From positions 39,184,001 through 39,248,000 of the forward strand of contig OZ024751.1 in the NCBI GenBank assembly GCA_964016885.1: a stretch of DNA of 64,000 nt, written 5' to 3'. The DNA is from Eledone cirrhosa (Eukaryota). Positions within the stretch are counted from its first letter, which is position 1, and every line of letters starts with the position of its first letter. The notes under the pieces are model-generated. The model was not told the origin of the DNA, ran no database searches, and saw only the letters and a list, made by a program, of their open reading frames with translations. The translations under genes and the position numbers were made by a program. Below, one piece after another: positions 15,449 to 31,240 of this stretch.

Positions 15449-15945
15449 AACTACGACGGTGACAACAACGACAGCAACAACAACAACGACAACTACAACA
15501 ACAACAACAACGACAACTACAACAACAACAACAACGACAACAACAACAACGACAACAACAACAACAACGACAACTACAACAACAACAACAACGACAACTA
15601 CAACAACAACAACAACGACAACAACAACAACAACAACAACAACAACGACAACTACAACAACAACAACAACGACAACTACAACAACAACAACGACAACAAC
15701 AACAACGACAACAACAACAACGACAACAACAACAACGACAACAACAACAACAACGACAACAACAACAACAACGACAACAACAGCAACAACAACAACGACA
15801 ACAACAACAACGACAACAACAACAACAACGACAACAACAGCAACAACAACAACAACAACAACAACAGCAACAACAACAACAACAACAGCAACAACAACAA
15901 CAACAATAACAACAGCTACAACAACAACAACAACAACAACAACGT
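15449..15945. repeat. Compound (CAA/CGA/CTA)n trinucleotide repeat
   Basis: Read directly; poly-N, poly-T and poly-V pseudo-ORFs. Confidence 0.95.
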
Positions 15946-18099
15946 TGATGGCGATGACAACAATCAGTTGAATAGAACAAAGAAACGAGACACACACACC
16001 TCACTCTCACACACACACACCACACTCTCACACACACACACCACACTCTCACACACACACACCACACTCTCACACACACACACCACACTCTCACACACAC
16101 ATTATTATTAAGGCTAACACTAAAGCAACCACACACACACACGATATACACGTATACACGTATACACAAACATACACACACCACACTCTCACACAATAGC
16201 ACACATACTCACACACACATATACACACCAGACTCACACAGAATAGGACACACACTCGTACACACACAATAGGACACACACTCACATACATACACACACA
16301 TTATGACAAACACCACACACACACACACTCACGCAATAGGACACACACTCACACACATACACACACACTATGACACACCACTCTCTCACACAATAGGACA
16401 CACACACACACACACATAGACCCGCACACACACACTCACACACACACACTCACACACACACTCACACACACACACCAGACAGACACACACACACACAGAC
16501 ACACACAGACACACACACACATACACACACGTACACAGTACACAAACCCAACAAAAGAAAGAATAGAAGAACGCTAGAATGAGGAAAAACTTTTGAAGGT
16601 GATCGTAAAATGCCATATTTATGGAATTTAAAGTCTATTATTGGTTGGTTATCTTGAAATATTGATAAATGAACATTGTCTTTTGGAGTTGACTAAGAAC
16701 TATAATGACTTTAGTTTGTTACCGTAATGGGCGATAAAAATGGCCCTGATGTTTGGGTGGGTACAGCAATGTATATTTATGTAGCGCACAAAACCTCATC
16801 TTTTTCTCTGCGTGCGTATGTGTGCGTACGTGTGAATATGTGTCTATGTGTGTGTGTTTGTGTGTGAGTGTGTATGTCTGTTTGTGTGTGTGTCAGTGTG
16901 CGTGTGTGTGTGTGTATGTGTGTGTGTATGTCAGTGTGTGTGTAAAAGAGCAAATTTTAGTGATTTATATATAAGTGTTGATAATTAGCCTGCTCTTATA
17001 ATGAGAGAGTGTAATGAGGCGTTTGACACTTCGTCTTTATGGCGCTAGATCATCATATTCAAACAGAAAAACAACGGAAAAAGATGTGAGGATAAATACA
17101 CACACACACACACACATACACACACATATATATATATATATATTTATTTATATATATATATATATGTGCGGGTGTGTGTGCGAATGTATGTGTTTATCTA
17201 TATATTTACATACGTACGTATGTTTGTATGTATGAGAGTAGTTAGCTGTGTGTAATACATGTATGTATTCATCTATGTATGAATAGTGTTACAGAAAATT
17301 TTAATTGTCGTATAAATTCGAAAATGATATATAATATAACAATACATATAATGTAATACAATACACCATAATAAAACTTAATAAAATACATAATAAAATA
17401 ATATAATATAATATAATATAATATAATATATAATATAATATAATATAATATAATATAATATAATATAATATAATATAATAATAAAATAATATAATAATAT
17501 ATGATATGATATGATATAATATATGATATAAAGTAAGTGAAACAGGTAGCTTATCTCGTTTAACACAAGAAAGGAATAATTTTGTGAATTGTGATAATGA
17601 TCAGCGTGTAATGTTTGTTGGGTAACAACCGCTACAGTGCAACATTTCTGATCAGCCATTTTGGTTTTTCTTGGCTTTTTCCAGCTTTTGTTTTCTTTTC
17701 CTTTTGATTTGTCAAATTTACATAAACTGTTACTCATCGTACACATACATATATATATACGTATACAGCGTCATATACATATATATATATACATATACAC
17801 GAACGCACACACAAACAGAAATACACACATGTATATATACAAACATATACTTAGGATCAGAGAGGCAAGGCTGTGTGGCTTAGAAGGATGGTTCGCATTC
17901 CAGATCGATCTCAGTGTATTTCATCTTAGGCAACTGTCTTAGAAATTTGGTAGTCGAAGTAGCCCTGGTGCTATTAGGTTAGACATGGCCTGGGCCAATA
18001 CTGGCCGAAACCTATCAAAGTTATCAAAGTTATAAATATGTGTGTGCGTGTGGTAACACTAGTCCCGTAAATGGACATATAATAAATTATATATATATA

Positions 18100-18406
18100 T
18101 AGCGCGAACAATAACTAAAATAAGTTATTGGGATAAAAAGAATTGGGTGGAGAAAGAGAGACAGGTGAACAAACACGAATGGTGAGGCAACGTAAAGAGA
18201 GGAAAAAATTATTTTTATCCCAATAACTTATTTTAGTTATTGTTCGCGCTAGCCTGAGGTATCTGGTCTTTAATGCGAAGAAATACCTAGGATGGCTAGT
18301 AGACCACTGATGATGGATAGTCCTGGCTGCTATTTCTAATTCTTCATTTTAATTTGTATATCACATTTGCAACAATTTGCATATCATATTTCCACGCCAT
18401 TTTTCA

Positions 18407-18410
<4 letters not shown>
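18100..18410 (+). mobile_element. Family E TA-embedded element with a 40-bp inverted 5' arm
   Basis: 18100-18139 is the perfect reverse complement of 18212-18251. Both ends abut (TA)n. CTGATGA at 18307-18313 is followed by a small gga-tag-tcc stem but no GAAA box. Confidence 0.6.
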
Positions 18411-18442
<32 letters not shown>

Positions 18443-19490
18443 TTTATATATATATACTATTTATATTATTATATTATGTATATATATTATTATATTATAT
18501 TATATATATATATATATTTCGCCTTGTTTTGTTCCTCTTTCATTATTTCTGTTCAATCATGTCTGTTCTCCTGGTATTACTTTCCTGTTCTTTGACAAAA
18601 CAAGGCTCATCATATCTAATAAATAACATTTTACTCTGGTCTTTAGACGTCCCCTTCCTTTATGTTTCCTACAGATGTAAATTTAACCTTGATATTACAA
18701 TTGTTCGCTCGAGGGTTCTTCAATTGCCACCAGAAATATTTATACATGGGAATACTTCAATATATATCTCTGTCACCGCTGTTTACATTTATGAGTTAAA
18801 ATTCAAATTTCGTTATAGAATATTTAATAAAATCTATGAAAATTTAGAAATGGTTTTCTATTGTTTTTTTTGTTTTTGTTTTTTCTCTCTCTCTTTCTTG
18901 CTCTCGTTACTTTATATATTTTACGGATGATTAAACACATAAGTTATTGGAAGGGGCGAAACTTTGATATAATAATAACAATAACAACAGCAATAATAAT
19001 AATAATAATAATAATAATAAGAAGAAGAAGAAGAAGAAGAAAAAGAAGAAGAAGAAGAAGAAGAAGAAGAAGAAGAAGAAGAAGAAGAAGAAGAAGATAT
19101 AATTTTATTCGTAAACATTAATATCTGATTAAATAAAGAATGGAATTTGGTTCTCAAGAGTTTCAACGTAAAAAAGTGATATATATACTGTACGTGTCTT
19201 GAGTTGGGCCAGAAGCAGCAACCTGTTTACCGATTCCATTAACAATAGTTAGATTTTCGTGAGAGAAATGGTTAAACATTTCATTGATTCACAGTCACTT
19301 ATTACTGGTATTTAATCATCTTAAGCCGTTGAAGGCAAATTTCAGCATTCTCAATATCAAAATAACTCCCCCATTCTGGGGTGCCCACATGATTAGTATC
19401 GATCTGAAGTGTATCGATATAAGATGTCCGACTAGTACCCCTCCCCAATATACTATTACAGCCACTCTTGAATTATATTGCAAAGTCATT

Positions 19491-19673
19491 GGTGGATTGG
19501 CAGTATCGGTAGAGGGTCGGACGCCATGCTTTCCAGCATAGTTACGTCCCTTTACGATCTGAGTTCAAATCCCGCCGAGGTTGACTTTGCCTTTCATCCT
19601 TACGGGGTCGATAAAAAGTACCAGTAATGCACTGGGTATTTGCTGGCCTTGTGCCTAAAGTAGAAACAATTAT
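19491..19673 (+). mobile_element. tRNA-headed SINE (pol III A/B boxes; central gcctttcatccttacggggtcgataaa domain)
   Basis: A box tggcagtatcgg and B box gagttcaaatccc. At least 8 related copies in the window. The central domain resembles the Meta/MESC-type SINE core (from memory, unverified). Confidence 0.85.
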
Positions 19674-19843
19674 TACGTATATGAATCTACGCTAAGAATT
19701 GGCAAAATCGTTAGGAAGTCGGTTGAATCTAATGTTCTGTGTTCAAATACCCTCGAAATAAGCAGTAAAGTACTGGGGTCGAATGGGTCCTCCTTCTCAC
19801 AATTGCTGGTCTTGTACCTAAATAGGAAACCATTATTTCCTTA

Positions 19844-20023
19844 TTGGTAGTATCGGTAGAGGGTCAGACGCCATGCTTTCTAGCATAGTTACGTCCCTTT
19901 ACAGTCTGAGTTCAAATCCCGCCGAGATTAACTTTGCTTTTCATCCTTACGGGGTCGATAAAATAAAGTACCAGTAATGTACTGGGTAATTGCTGGCCCT
20001 GTGCCTAAAGTAGAAACAATTAT
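19844..20023 (+). mobile_element. Same SINE family; older copies at about 19697-19836 and 20040-20192
   Basis: High identity to 19491-19673. Confidence 0.85.
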
Positions 20024-22965
20024 TTCCTTATGATCCTCTAATATCTGGTTTCAATTCCACCTGAGATCAACTTTGTCCTTCATCTTTTCGGGGTTCATAA
20101 AATACCAGTTAACTATTGTGTTAGATATTGTCAACTTTCCCCCCCACCCCACCCCAAACAATTGTTGGTATTGTATCTAAATTAAAAACCATTACATATA
20201 TATATGCTGATCTCTCTTCTCTACTCTATTGTTGTAGAGTTAGGCATCTCTGGGTGATAACCAATTTACTTCACTATCATGTAGTTCCTCGTTCGATTCC
20301 ACTGCCTAACATCTTGGACAAGTCCCATTCATAATAACCATGGATATTCCAAGAATGTCATAGAAATTGGCTAAAGCATGAATCTTATCCAAATTCATTG
20401 TATTGATTGTATCCCATAATACATACGTCCAATCTAGTCACATGAAATGTCAAGCTGATTCTAACAAATAATCATATTAAAAGTACACGTGTTAGTGGAA
20501 TATTCCCTCTTTTACAGGTTATTTTAACGACATGGACGTTGAATTGAGTAAATAATTTATTTTCCAATGTCTGATCCGGAATTACATCCCTAATTGTGTC
20601 GTTCGTCTTATATGTCTGAAGAGCAACAAACATTAAGTGTATGAAGGATGTATCAGTAAATGGTTTGATCGACGCCAGAAATAGGTCAGCTTGAAGCAAC
20701 GTTGTGTAGCAGAAACCTGTGAAGCAATATCGTAAGAACATCATGGCGTTCACTTATGAGATGTCTAAAGAGTTTAATGATTTTAATTAACATTAGTGTG
20801 TCAAATGGTCTTATACATCATCTTGTGAACGTTCATTATAATATTAATTATATTTTATAATTTGAAATATTTATAAACACATTTTTCTCGACAAAATAAA
20901 ACTAGTTGGAAAAATTTGGAAACGCATCTGCCCACGACATACGAACTTAAATAAACCAAATTTACGAACTCCAACAAACATTTAAGCCGCTGTAGAACAT
21001 TATTAGGTATTGATAACTCTGATGCTTTCATTATATTTTATGTGATTAACGATTCATATCTGTATTTATATAAAGATGTATTTTAATGTTTATTATATAT
21101 CCTTCAGTATAAGTATTACTGGAGAAAAGATATAACTTCACACGTTCATTATACAAGGATTTATACGGAAAAGATATACACCCTGACGTTTCTTGACAAC
21201 TATATTAAACGTGGTTTTATATTCTTTAGTAAAACTGCTTCTTTTTTGTGGAGAGGGGGTGAAATTATTGCCTAATAGTGACGTTTGTTTTTAAGTTCAA
21301 TGTTAAATAAATTAATCTCTTCTTCTGGATGCCAAAGCCCTTAAATATTTCATACAAGTGAGAGTATCACGACATCAAATATTCCAATTGCCCTTAGATG
21401 AAGGATGATTGTATGGCTGGGTAAATATTAAACGCAAAAGCGCTTCATGTTTGGGGCCAATCCACAAAGATTTACCAGTGTAACTATTTGAAGGGGAAAG
21501 TAATCTCTCAGTTAGTTTAAAATTAACTTTGTATCTGCTCTTACGTAATTTAATTACATAAGATAATTAAGTGTTTTATATCGCAATTGATGGCAGTGAT
21601 TAATCATTAAAAAGCAACAGCATTGTGCCAAAAGGGTTAATGGTGATCAGAAGCTGATTTTGTAAGATGGAAAAGCAATATTTAAACAAAGATTTTCTGA
21701 TTCACTAACTCGCTCGAGAGTAAACACAGTTTCCTGGGGGGGGGGTTATGAGGTGGATGTTAGGGGAGTTGATGGGGTTGGCGTTTAGGGATATTTCAAA
21801 CCACAGTAGGTCGTTAATTATGCAATCAAAATTCTTCTAGGAAAGAAAGCAACTATTTAAAATGTTGAAGGTTGAAAGGGTCAACGAAACATTACGTTAA
21901 TAGGTAAGGTGCATTTGTTTAATAAAGAGACATTGTCACAGCAAGAGATGATTAAGAATGAAGATCAACTGGACCGAAAAAATAACTACATCCGGTAATT
22001 AACTCAGTTATCTTCCCCTGCTCCAGCTTCTGCTCCTTTTGGTCATGCCAGGCACGTGATGTCCCATGCTACTCTTCTTCCAAATAGTCGAACCACCCAA
22101 CATAGGAAGATAAAGCAACGTTTTTACTTCCTGATTAAAAGAAAATTCATTTCAATTACTTTTAAAAGTAAACGCTGAAAACGAAAACTGCAAAAACAAA
22201 ACCCCATCTAATTGCATAATTTTATTTTCTCTCTATTTAATTTTGTTGCTATTTTATTTTTTTTTATATCATTTATTTATTTGATTATATATTTATTTAT
22301 TTTTGTTGTAAATAGCTGCACACAGGCAACGAGAAATATTTCAACGAATGCACAATTTCCTCATCTCCACATACTTTCAAACGAGCATGTATTTCACTAG
22401 TTTAGTTTTTCAGAAGACTGGATTCTTTCTTTCAACAATATTAGTTGTGAAGGAAGCGATGCATACCAATAGCTAAGCAGTAGAGCGTGCTTCTTATATG
22501 AAAAAGCACATTAGATTTTCAGGTCGGAATGCACATCTACTGATCACAGGGACGATAAATGCTCTAATGAACAGACATAAAATTATACTGCTATCTGCGA
22601 TATATCTTTCGAATAATTCTTGCAGATTATATTAAATCGTTATTGTTGTTTATACGATAGGAAGGCATGTTTAAATACACACACGCATATATGAGTTTGT
22701 GTGTTTGTGTGCGTATATGTGTATCTTTGTATATATGTGTATGTATATGTGTAACTTTGTATATATGAGTATGTATATGTGTATATATGTATGTATATAT
22801 AAATATATAAATATATATATATATGTGTGTGTGTGTGTGTACGTATATAAATATATGTAGATATATATATATTAATATATGTATATATATATATGTATAT
22901 ATATATGTATATACATATATATATATATATATATATGTGTGTATATATATATTTATATGTACATG

Positions 22966-23005
<40 letters not shown>

Positions 23006-23229
23006 AGCGCATACCTATGTAAGTATGTATCTACTTACGTGTGTATGTATGAATATATTGTTAAAACACACATATAGGTGTTTGTGTAGGTCTATATGTA
23101 TATGTCTGTGTATGTGCATAAATGTATGTATGTATATATATGTATGTAGTCATGTACTTGTGTCTATATGTATATATGTAAAAATAGATCTATATATAGT
23201 TACATACAAGCACTGATATTAGTTTGTGC

Positions 23230-23339
<110 letters not shown>

Positions 23340-23494
23340 TATGTGTGTGTATGCGTGTGTGGGTTTATAATTAATTATAACCACCTACGTATGCGTTTTT
23401 ATGTTTATGTGTATGTGTATATAAGTATGATCTATTTATCGATTTAACTATACATATATATCTATATGCCTGTGTACATATATACATGTATGTA

Positions 23495-23683
<189 letters not shown>

Positions 23684-24164
23684 ATATATATATAATTCTG
23701 GCAATATTATTACACAAATATGACCCTCCCCAAGTATAACAATATGTATATATATGTATATCTACATATATATGTGTGTGTCTATGTGTTACATATACAT
23801 ATATGTGTATGTGTGAATGTGTGTGTGTACATGTGTTTATGATTATATTATATTAGATCTATTGATATTTCATTGCTTCAGCCTTATTCCTGACATCATA
23901 ACATTCTCACATTTCTAAAACATCAAATAAAACAAGAGAAATTTACAGTCTGGTAAAGGGACAAACCCACCTCCCTCTTCTTCAGGAATATTTTAACGTA
24001 TAAGTTTCATACATTCAAATATTTGGGGATGGAGTTGAGGGTTGTTCAGTAAAAAGGAAAGGTTATTTCATCGCTGCCATTTCAAAGGCCGAAATAAGTT
24101 TACATCTAGTTGGATACATATGAATAGTAGAAATGAGATATTATTATATCCATTTCTATGGACC

Positions 24165-24610
24165 CAGAATGGTTAAGAAGTTCGCTACACGATTGTTAAG
24201 TCTCGTGTTCGAATTCACAGCATAACATCTTGGGCAAATGTCTTTTATAATAACCTCACATTGACCTAAACCTTGTTAGGGGGACTTGGTAAGTAGAAAT
24301 AGTTTTCTGTTATTGCAGATTTCAGGCTTAGATTTATGGTTAAGACGTTATATTTGTAATCAGTTAATTGCTGGTTCAATACTACTACATGCCGTCTTGG
24401 ACAAATGTATTTGATCAGAAACTCGGGTCGTCTCTAACTTTAAACCGATTGGAACTCCGCCTGAGGGAGTCTAATTGTAAATCAAAGGTTTAACCTTGTC
24501 ATGCCCTTTGCGAAGTTGGATCTCCCTGAGAATTACGTGAAGAATACACGGGACTATGGAATACTCAGGAGCTTGCACGTTCATTTCACGAGTAGGCTGT
24601 TCCGTTGAAT
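24165..24610 (+). mobile_element. Two degenerate tRNA-headed SINEs of a second family (cttgggcaaatgtctt core); related copies at about 17873-18030, 20250-20370 and 54010-54300
   Basis: ggttaag A-box-like and gttcgaat/ggttcaat B-box-like motifs are followed by a CORE-like cttgggcaa[ag]tg segment. Confidence 0.55.
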
Positions 24611-24760
24611 ATAGTACACTACACTACATTTAACTACACTGCACTACGCTACACTACACCACACTATACTACACTACACTACTCTACACTATACTATTAG
24701 CCAGATATATGTACACACACACACACACATATCGGAGTAGAGAGACAGACATACATTTAA

Positions 24761-24942
24761 ATAATTGTTTCTACGTTAGGGACAAGGCCAGCAATTACCC
24801 AGTGCATTACTGCTACTTTATTTTATCGACCCCGTAAGGATGAAAGGCAAAGTTAACCTTGGCGGGATTTGAACTCAGAATGGCAAGGGCCGTAACTCTA
24901 TACGTCAAAGCATGGCGTCCGACCCTCTACCAATACTGCCAA
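24761..24942 (-). mobile_element. tRNA-headed SINE (same family as 19491)
   Basis: Reverse complement of the SINE consensus. Confidence 0.85.
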
Positions 24943-25299
24943 TAATGATAGATATAACGAGTTATATGGAATGCAATAAACTGATATGCAGAGAAGAGAG
25001 GCAGAGGCACAATGAGGGGGTCACAGATATTGAGAGTCAGATACATAGACAGACATGCGGAGAGAGAAAACGAGCTAGAGACACTAGTGAGAATGTCATA
25101 GATGTAATGAGCTATATAAACTTAGACAGACTAGCGTGTGGTGAGAGAATTGCAGCTATCGATAACAAGATGGAGCTAACGAGCCAGAGACAGAGTTATA
25201 GAGTGATGGATGGAATGAACTATATAGAATTGGGTAGAGAAAATGTATCGAGGAGAGCTAACAAGCCAGAGATACCTTGATAGAGAGACAATGACAGAG

Positions 25300-26010
25300 A
25301 AAGTGAGAGATTTAGTGAGTTTATAGAATTGGAGAGAAGTATGTGTCGGAGAGAGGTAACAAAAATAGAGGCAATCAGAGGGTGATAAAGGCAGAGCGAG
25401 AGCGCTGTAGATTTAATGAGTTATATAGAATTGGAGAGAAGTATATGTCGGAGAGAGGTAACAAAAAGAGAGAAAATGAAAGAGTGATAGTGGTAGTGAG
25501 TTATATAGAATTGGAGAGGACAATGTGTCAGAGGGAGAGAGAGGTAACAAAAATAGAGAGAGAATGAAAGAGTGATAGAAGTAGAGAGTTGATAGAATTG
25601 GAAAGGATGATGTGTAAGAGAGAAAGGTAACAAAAATAGAGAGAGAATGAAAGAGTGATAGAGGTAGAGAGTTTATAGAATTGGAAAGGATGATGTGTAA
25701 GAGAGAAAGGTAACAAAAATAGAGAGAGAATGAAAGAGTGATAGAGGTAGAGAGTTGATAGAATTGGAAAGGATGATGTGTAAGAGAGAAAGGTAACAAA
25801 AATAGAGAGAGAATGAAAGAGTGATAGAGGTAGAGAGTTGATAGAATTGGAAAGGATGATGTGTAAGAGAGAAAGGTAACAAAAATAGAGAGAGAATGAA
25901 AGAGTGATAGAGGTAGAGAGTTTATAGAATTGGAAAGGATGATGTGTAAGAGAGAGGTAAGAAACAAAATAGACTATAAAAGAGTGATAGGTATAGAGAG
26001 TTATATAGAA
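25300..26010. repeat. 83-bp purine-rich minisatellite
   Basis: ggtaacaaaaatagagagag recurs at 25626, 25709, 25792 and 25875. Degenerate units extend back to about 24950. Confidence 0.92.
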
Positions 26011-26370
26011 TTAAATAATAGAATTAGTGAGATCTAGAAATGCCATTAAACCCCACAGTCAATTCACATTGACAATAGAAACTGTGTATGAATGAGAGAT
26101 TAATTTATATCATTTCCCAAACCTCTCTGTCAATATGTAAGTATAAATATCAAAATATCAATATGCTGATCGATAAATGATGCAATATCATAGAATACTG
26201 TCGGTCTATATATACACACGTACTGGATGTGGGCGTGTATGTATATTATATACATAGACATGTATTTGTGTATACATGTATATATATATATATATATATT
26301 GATGTGTGTGTTTATATGAATATATTTATATATATATATATATGTATGTATGTATGTATGTATATGTATA

Positions 26371-26401
<31 letters not shown>

Positions 26402-26422
26402 ACATACATATATATATGTATG

Positions 26423-26469
<47 letters not shown>

Positions 26470-26509
26470 TTGTATGTGTGTATGTATATATATGTAAATG
26501 TATATATAA

Positions 26510-26571
<62 letters not shown>

Positions 26572-26581
26572 GTATATATAA

Positions 26582-26626
<45 letters not shown>

Positions 26627-27200
26627 TATCCACACACAGATATATATCCAATACATAGGTATGTTCATGTATATAAATTCACACATTTCATTATTTGCTA
26701 GACAAATGCTGGCATGTTTTAATATTGCTCTATGCAACATGGATGTTGTATAGGACATACATGAACCAGAATAAACACATTATCACATATACAGATGTAC
26801 ACATGCACACATACACACACACATACACACACACACAAACACATACTCACGTACACACGCAAATAGATATTCACACACACATATATATATATATAGTTAT
26901 TCACACACACACGCAACACATATATTCGTGTGTTTATATGTGTATGAACGTGTAAATGCGTTTGAGTGTGTGTGTGAGTGTCTGAGTGTGTGTGTGTGTA
27001 TGTGTGTGTGTGTGTGTGAATGTGTATACGTGTGTGTGTGTGTGTGAATGTGTATGTGTGAGTGTGTTAATGTCTACGTAGGTGTTAGGTATATGTGGCA
27101 AAGTAGCTCTGATTGAAACTGGAATGACTTAATTTAAGAGTTGTAGATTTATGCCATATATATATGTGTGTGTGTGTATCTCTGTGTGTGTGTAAGTATG

Positions 27201-27273
<73 letters not shown>

Positions 27274-27359
27274 ACACTCATTTATACATAGAATTGAAAT
27301 TGGTGAATATTTAGATATAAATACACATATATATAGCATATATATATATGTGTATGTAT

Positions 27360-27435
<76 letters not shown>

Positions 27436-27940
27436 TATATATATAAACATTTTTTCCTCGTTTTATATATATGTATATATATATATATAAAGAGGGAAAA
27501 AATGCGACAGTTAGGCATAAAAATCAGACAAATAAACACATAGACAAACAGACCAATATGGCGTATGTGTTATATGAATAGAAATCTTTTCTCCTTAATA
27601 AATGCTATGAGTAACTGTCAAACATCTCATATTTTAAAATATGGCGGATTTTTTTTTCTTTCTGTAATTCGAATAATGAAAATGTTCCCCTAAAAATACA
27701 TTTAAGGTCTTTATTCAATTTTGTTTTTGATTTATATTATTTGAATTTTTCTATTTCATGTATTATCTCACTCTCCCCCACATCCTGTCATACTACATAT
27801 CGCCAATAACGCCATACTACACGACACTGCACCGCCAACGTCCGATGAATTTTTTTCACTCTTATTACCCAACTGCAATCAGCGGAACGTTATTAGTTTT
27901 ACCCTTCATTGACTTTTATATTTATATGTATATATGTATG

Positions 27941-28000
<60 letters not shown>

Positions 28001-28001
28001 G

Positions 28002-28034
<33 letters not shown>

Positions 28035-28139
28035 GTATGTATAGATATATATATACATATATACATACATATACATACATATATATATACATATACATAC
28101 ATACATATACATACATATATACATACATATATATATATA

Positions 28140-28172
<33 letters not shown>

Positions 28173-28204
28173 TATGTATATATATATATATATACATATA
28201 TATG

Positions 28205-28276
<72 letters not shown>

Positions 28277-28295
28277 ATATATACATATATATATG

Positions 28296-28389
<94 letters not shown>

Positions 28390-28494
28390 TGTATGTATAT
28401 ATATATATATGTATGTGTGTATATATATATATATGTATATATAAATATATACATGTATATATATATATATATATATAAATATATATATAAATAT

Positions 28495-28537
<43 letters not shown>

Positions 28538-28538
28538 T

Positions 28539-28613
<75 letters not shown>

Positions 28614-28619
28614 TATATG

Positions 28620-28651
<32 letters not shown>

Positions 28652-28665
28652 TAAATATATATTAA

Positions 28666-28709
<44 letters not shown>

Positions 28710-28986
28710 CCAAAATCAGTAAAATGAAAAGCAGCCAAAATCAATTTCATCTTACTAAATTCCGAACAAGCTCCACCAGATCAAGGCAGAAATGTGCTGC
28801 ACCATTATTCCATGATTCTATTATACCATTATTCTCAAATTCCAATTCCTCCATTTAATTCAATAATTGTTTACTGTTAATATTTTCTGTTGTCAACTTA
28901 TCTGTTCACTGGTGCATGTCCCTCTCCGCCCTTCCTCTCCCTATCACCACCGTTGTTGTTCCTATTGCTGCTTCCGCTGCCGCTGT

Positions 28987-29033
<47 letters not shown>

Positions 29034-29158
29034 AACATTTTAAATTCTTTTTTCAAATCTTTAATATCATCAATTTTTTTCATTTGTTGTATTTAATATT
29101 TTTATTTTTTTGGTATTTTATTTTTCATGCCTATTTCGTTGTTGTTGTTGTTGTTGTT

Positions 29159-29193
<35 letters not shown>

Positions 29194-29606
29194 GCTGCTG
29201 CTGCTGCTGTGTATCATTTTTGTTGCACTTTTTCACTTTTGTTAGATTTGAATTGGAATGTATAATAATCACTTTTGGAATTACAACTAGCTTATAGAAT
29301 GGCCTAGTTTTTCCATTATTTGGTTCCTTTCCCATTTGCGAAGCATTTTTCCCTTTCCATATTTCACTTACATGGAATTCCAAGCTCTGCTCTGTATATT
29401 AATGTAATATATTGCATCAGCCGAGCTGTGGAAGTATCTGCTGTCAATATTACTACATACCACTTGATCTTGTTACCTAAATATAATTGGCTACATAGAA
29501 CGACAATAACTACCTGTTAATACGGAGTTAAGTGAAACTGTTAATATAAATACTCACAGCTTCCACGTTAAGCGTTCATTGCTCTTTTCTTTCATTTCTA
29601 CCCACG

Positions 29607-29654
<48 letters not shown>

Positions 29655-30196
29655 TATTACAACAAGAATAATATAGACATCGGCGAGATTATATATGTAC
29701 ATGTATGTATATTCATGTATACTCACACACACACATACACATCTGAGCCAATATTGGCCGAAACCTATCAAAGTTATCAAAGTTACATGCAGGCATGAAT
29801 ACATACATTTACATATTAAGACGGGTTTCCGAACTGTTTTTGCCTACAAATTGTTAATCCAAAGCTATATTAAAAAATCACTTTTATATAGTGCGATACA
29901 AGGAGACCGAACCCTCTTCTACATATTCACAAAATAACAGTGCCTCTATCTTTCATAGACCCCTACAAAATAACATACCCTACCTTTCTCATCTAAACTA
30001 ACCCTTGATAATTATTGTTTAAATGAAGTGAATTAAGATTCGACCTAAACTACATAGAAAACATTTTATAGTTTCGCTGGTCTCAACCGCTTTTCTCCTG
30101 ACTACTGCGCTGGCCACACAGGCAACAGCCGTAAATATATCTGCTGACTTGTGTCATGTTTACCGTTTTAGAATTTGTTCCAATCTGAATATATTC

Positions 30197-30303
<107 letters not shown>

Positions 30304-30519
30304 TCTCATTCTATCTATCTCTCTCCTTCCTTCTTTCTTATTCGTAAGTGTGTCTACATTATAGCAATTCTGCGAGCGACGCTCATTAACACTCAATGCT
30401 CACATTGTATAAATATTCTTCTTATTAGTATTCAGCGAATGCTAGACCTATGAAGTATCTTATTCATTAGTCCACATTTGATAATATAGTAGAGTAATTA
30501 GCGTCAACATATTCCAGTC

Positions 30520-31240
30520 AAGTACTCTGCAATAGAATGGAATGGAAATGGAAACAGAGAATATGTAGCTAATCAGCAACACAAACTAAACGACTCTTTA
30601 TTTCAAACGATGGAATAAATCCTTCCTCAAAGAAGGGAAATATTTTTAAGGGAAAGAAACTGTTATAAATTTAAATACATTTTAAATTTTGATATAAAGA
30701 AACTGAATTCTTCCATGGAAACAGAGAAACTAAACGACCCTTTTTTATGATAGATAAACCCTTCCTCATAGAAGGGAAATATTTTTAAGGGAAAGAAACT
30801 ATTATAAATTTAAATTAATTTTAAATTTTGATATAGATAAATAGATTTCTTCCATGGAAATACAAAAATGTGTAACTGTAGCTAATCAGATACCGAAATT
30901 AAGCGACTCTTTCTTTCAAATAACGGAATAAATCCTTCACACCAAAGAGGATAGATATTTTAAATGAAGCACAATGCTCTGATCTTAGTAATTTGAATGT
31001 TTTCATAACAACCAAAACTAAAGGAGCCGTTCTTTGAAATGATGGAATAAATCTTTCTCCAACGAAATAAACTATTTGAGACGAAGAAAATATTTAAAAT
31101 TTTAAATCATTTTTAAGATAATAAAATAGAATCTTTAATAGACAAAATTATTTTTTATGAAGTATATTTAAATTCAATGAAATCTTCTAAATGAGTCTTT
31201 GAAATAACGGTATAAATACTACATAAACAATCAACATCTT
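30520..31240. repeat. Old degenerate tandem repeat (about 140-180 bp units)
   Basis: The motifs aaactaaacgactc and ggaataaatccttcctc recur four to five times. Confidence 0.65.

Noticed and set aside
17541-17660. Minus-strand MADQKCCTVAVV... with a good start context
   Set aside because: It has no donor site or recognisable homology and runs into an (ATATA)n repeat.
19491-19575. tRNA gene
   Set aside because: It has A/B boxes but no cloverleaf and continues into a SINE body that is repeated many times.
21435-21452. 18-bp exact inverted match to 41294-41311 (caaaagcgcttcatgttt)
   Set aside because: There is no flanking homology, so it is compatible with chance in 64 kb of AT-rich DNA. The nearby CTGATGA (minus strand, about 41316-41322) lacks a GAAA box.
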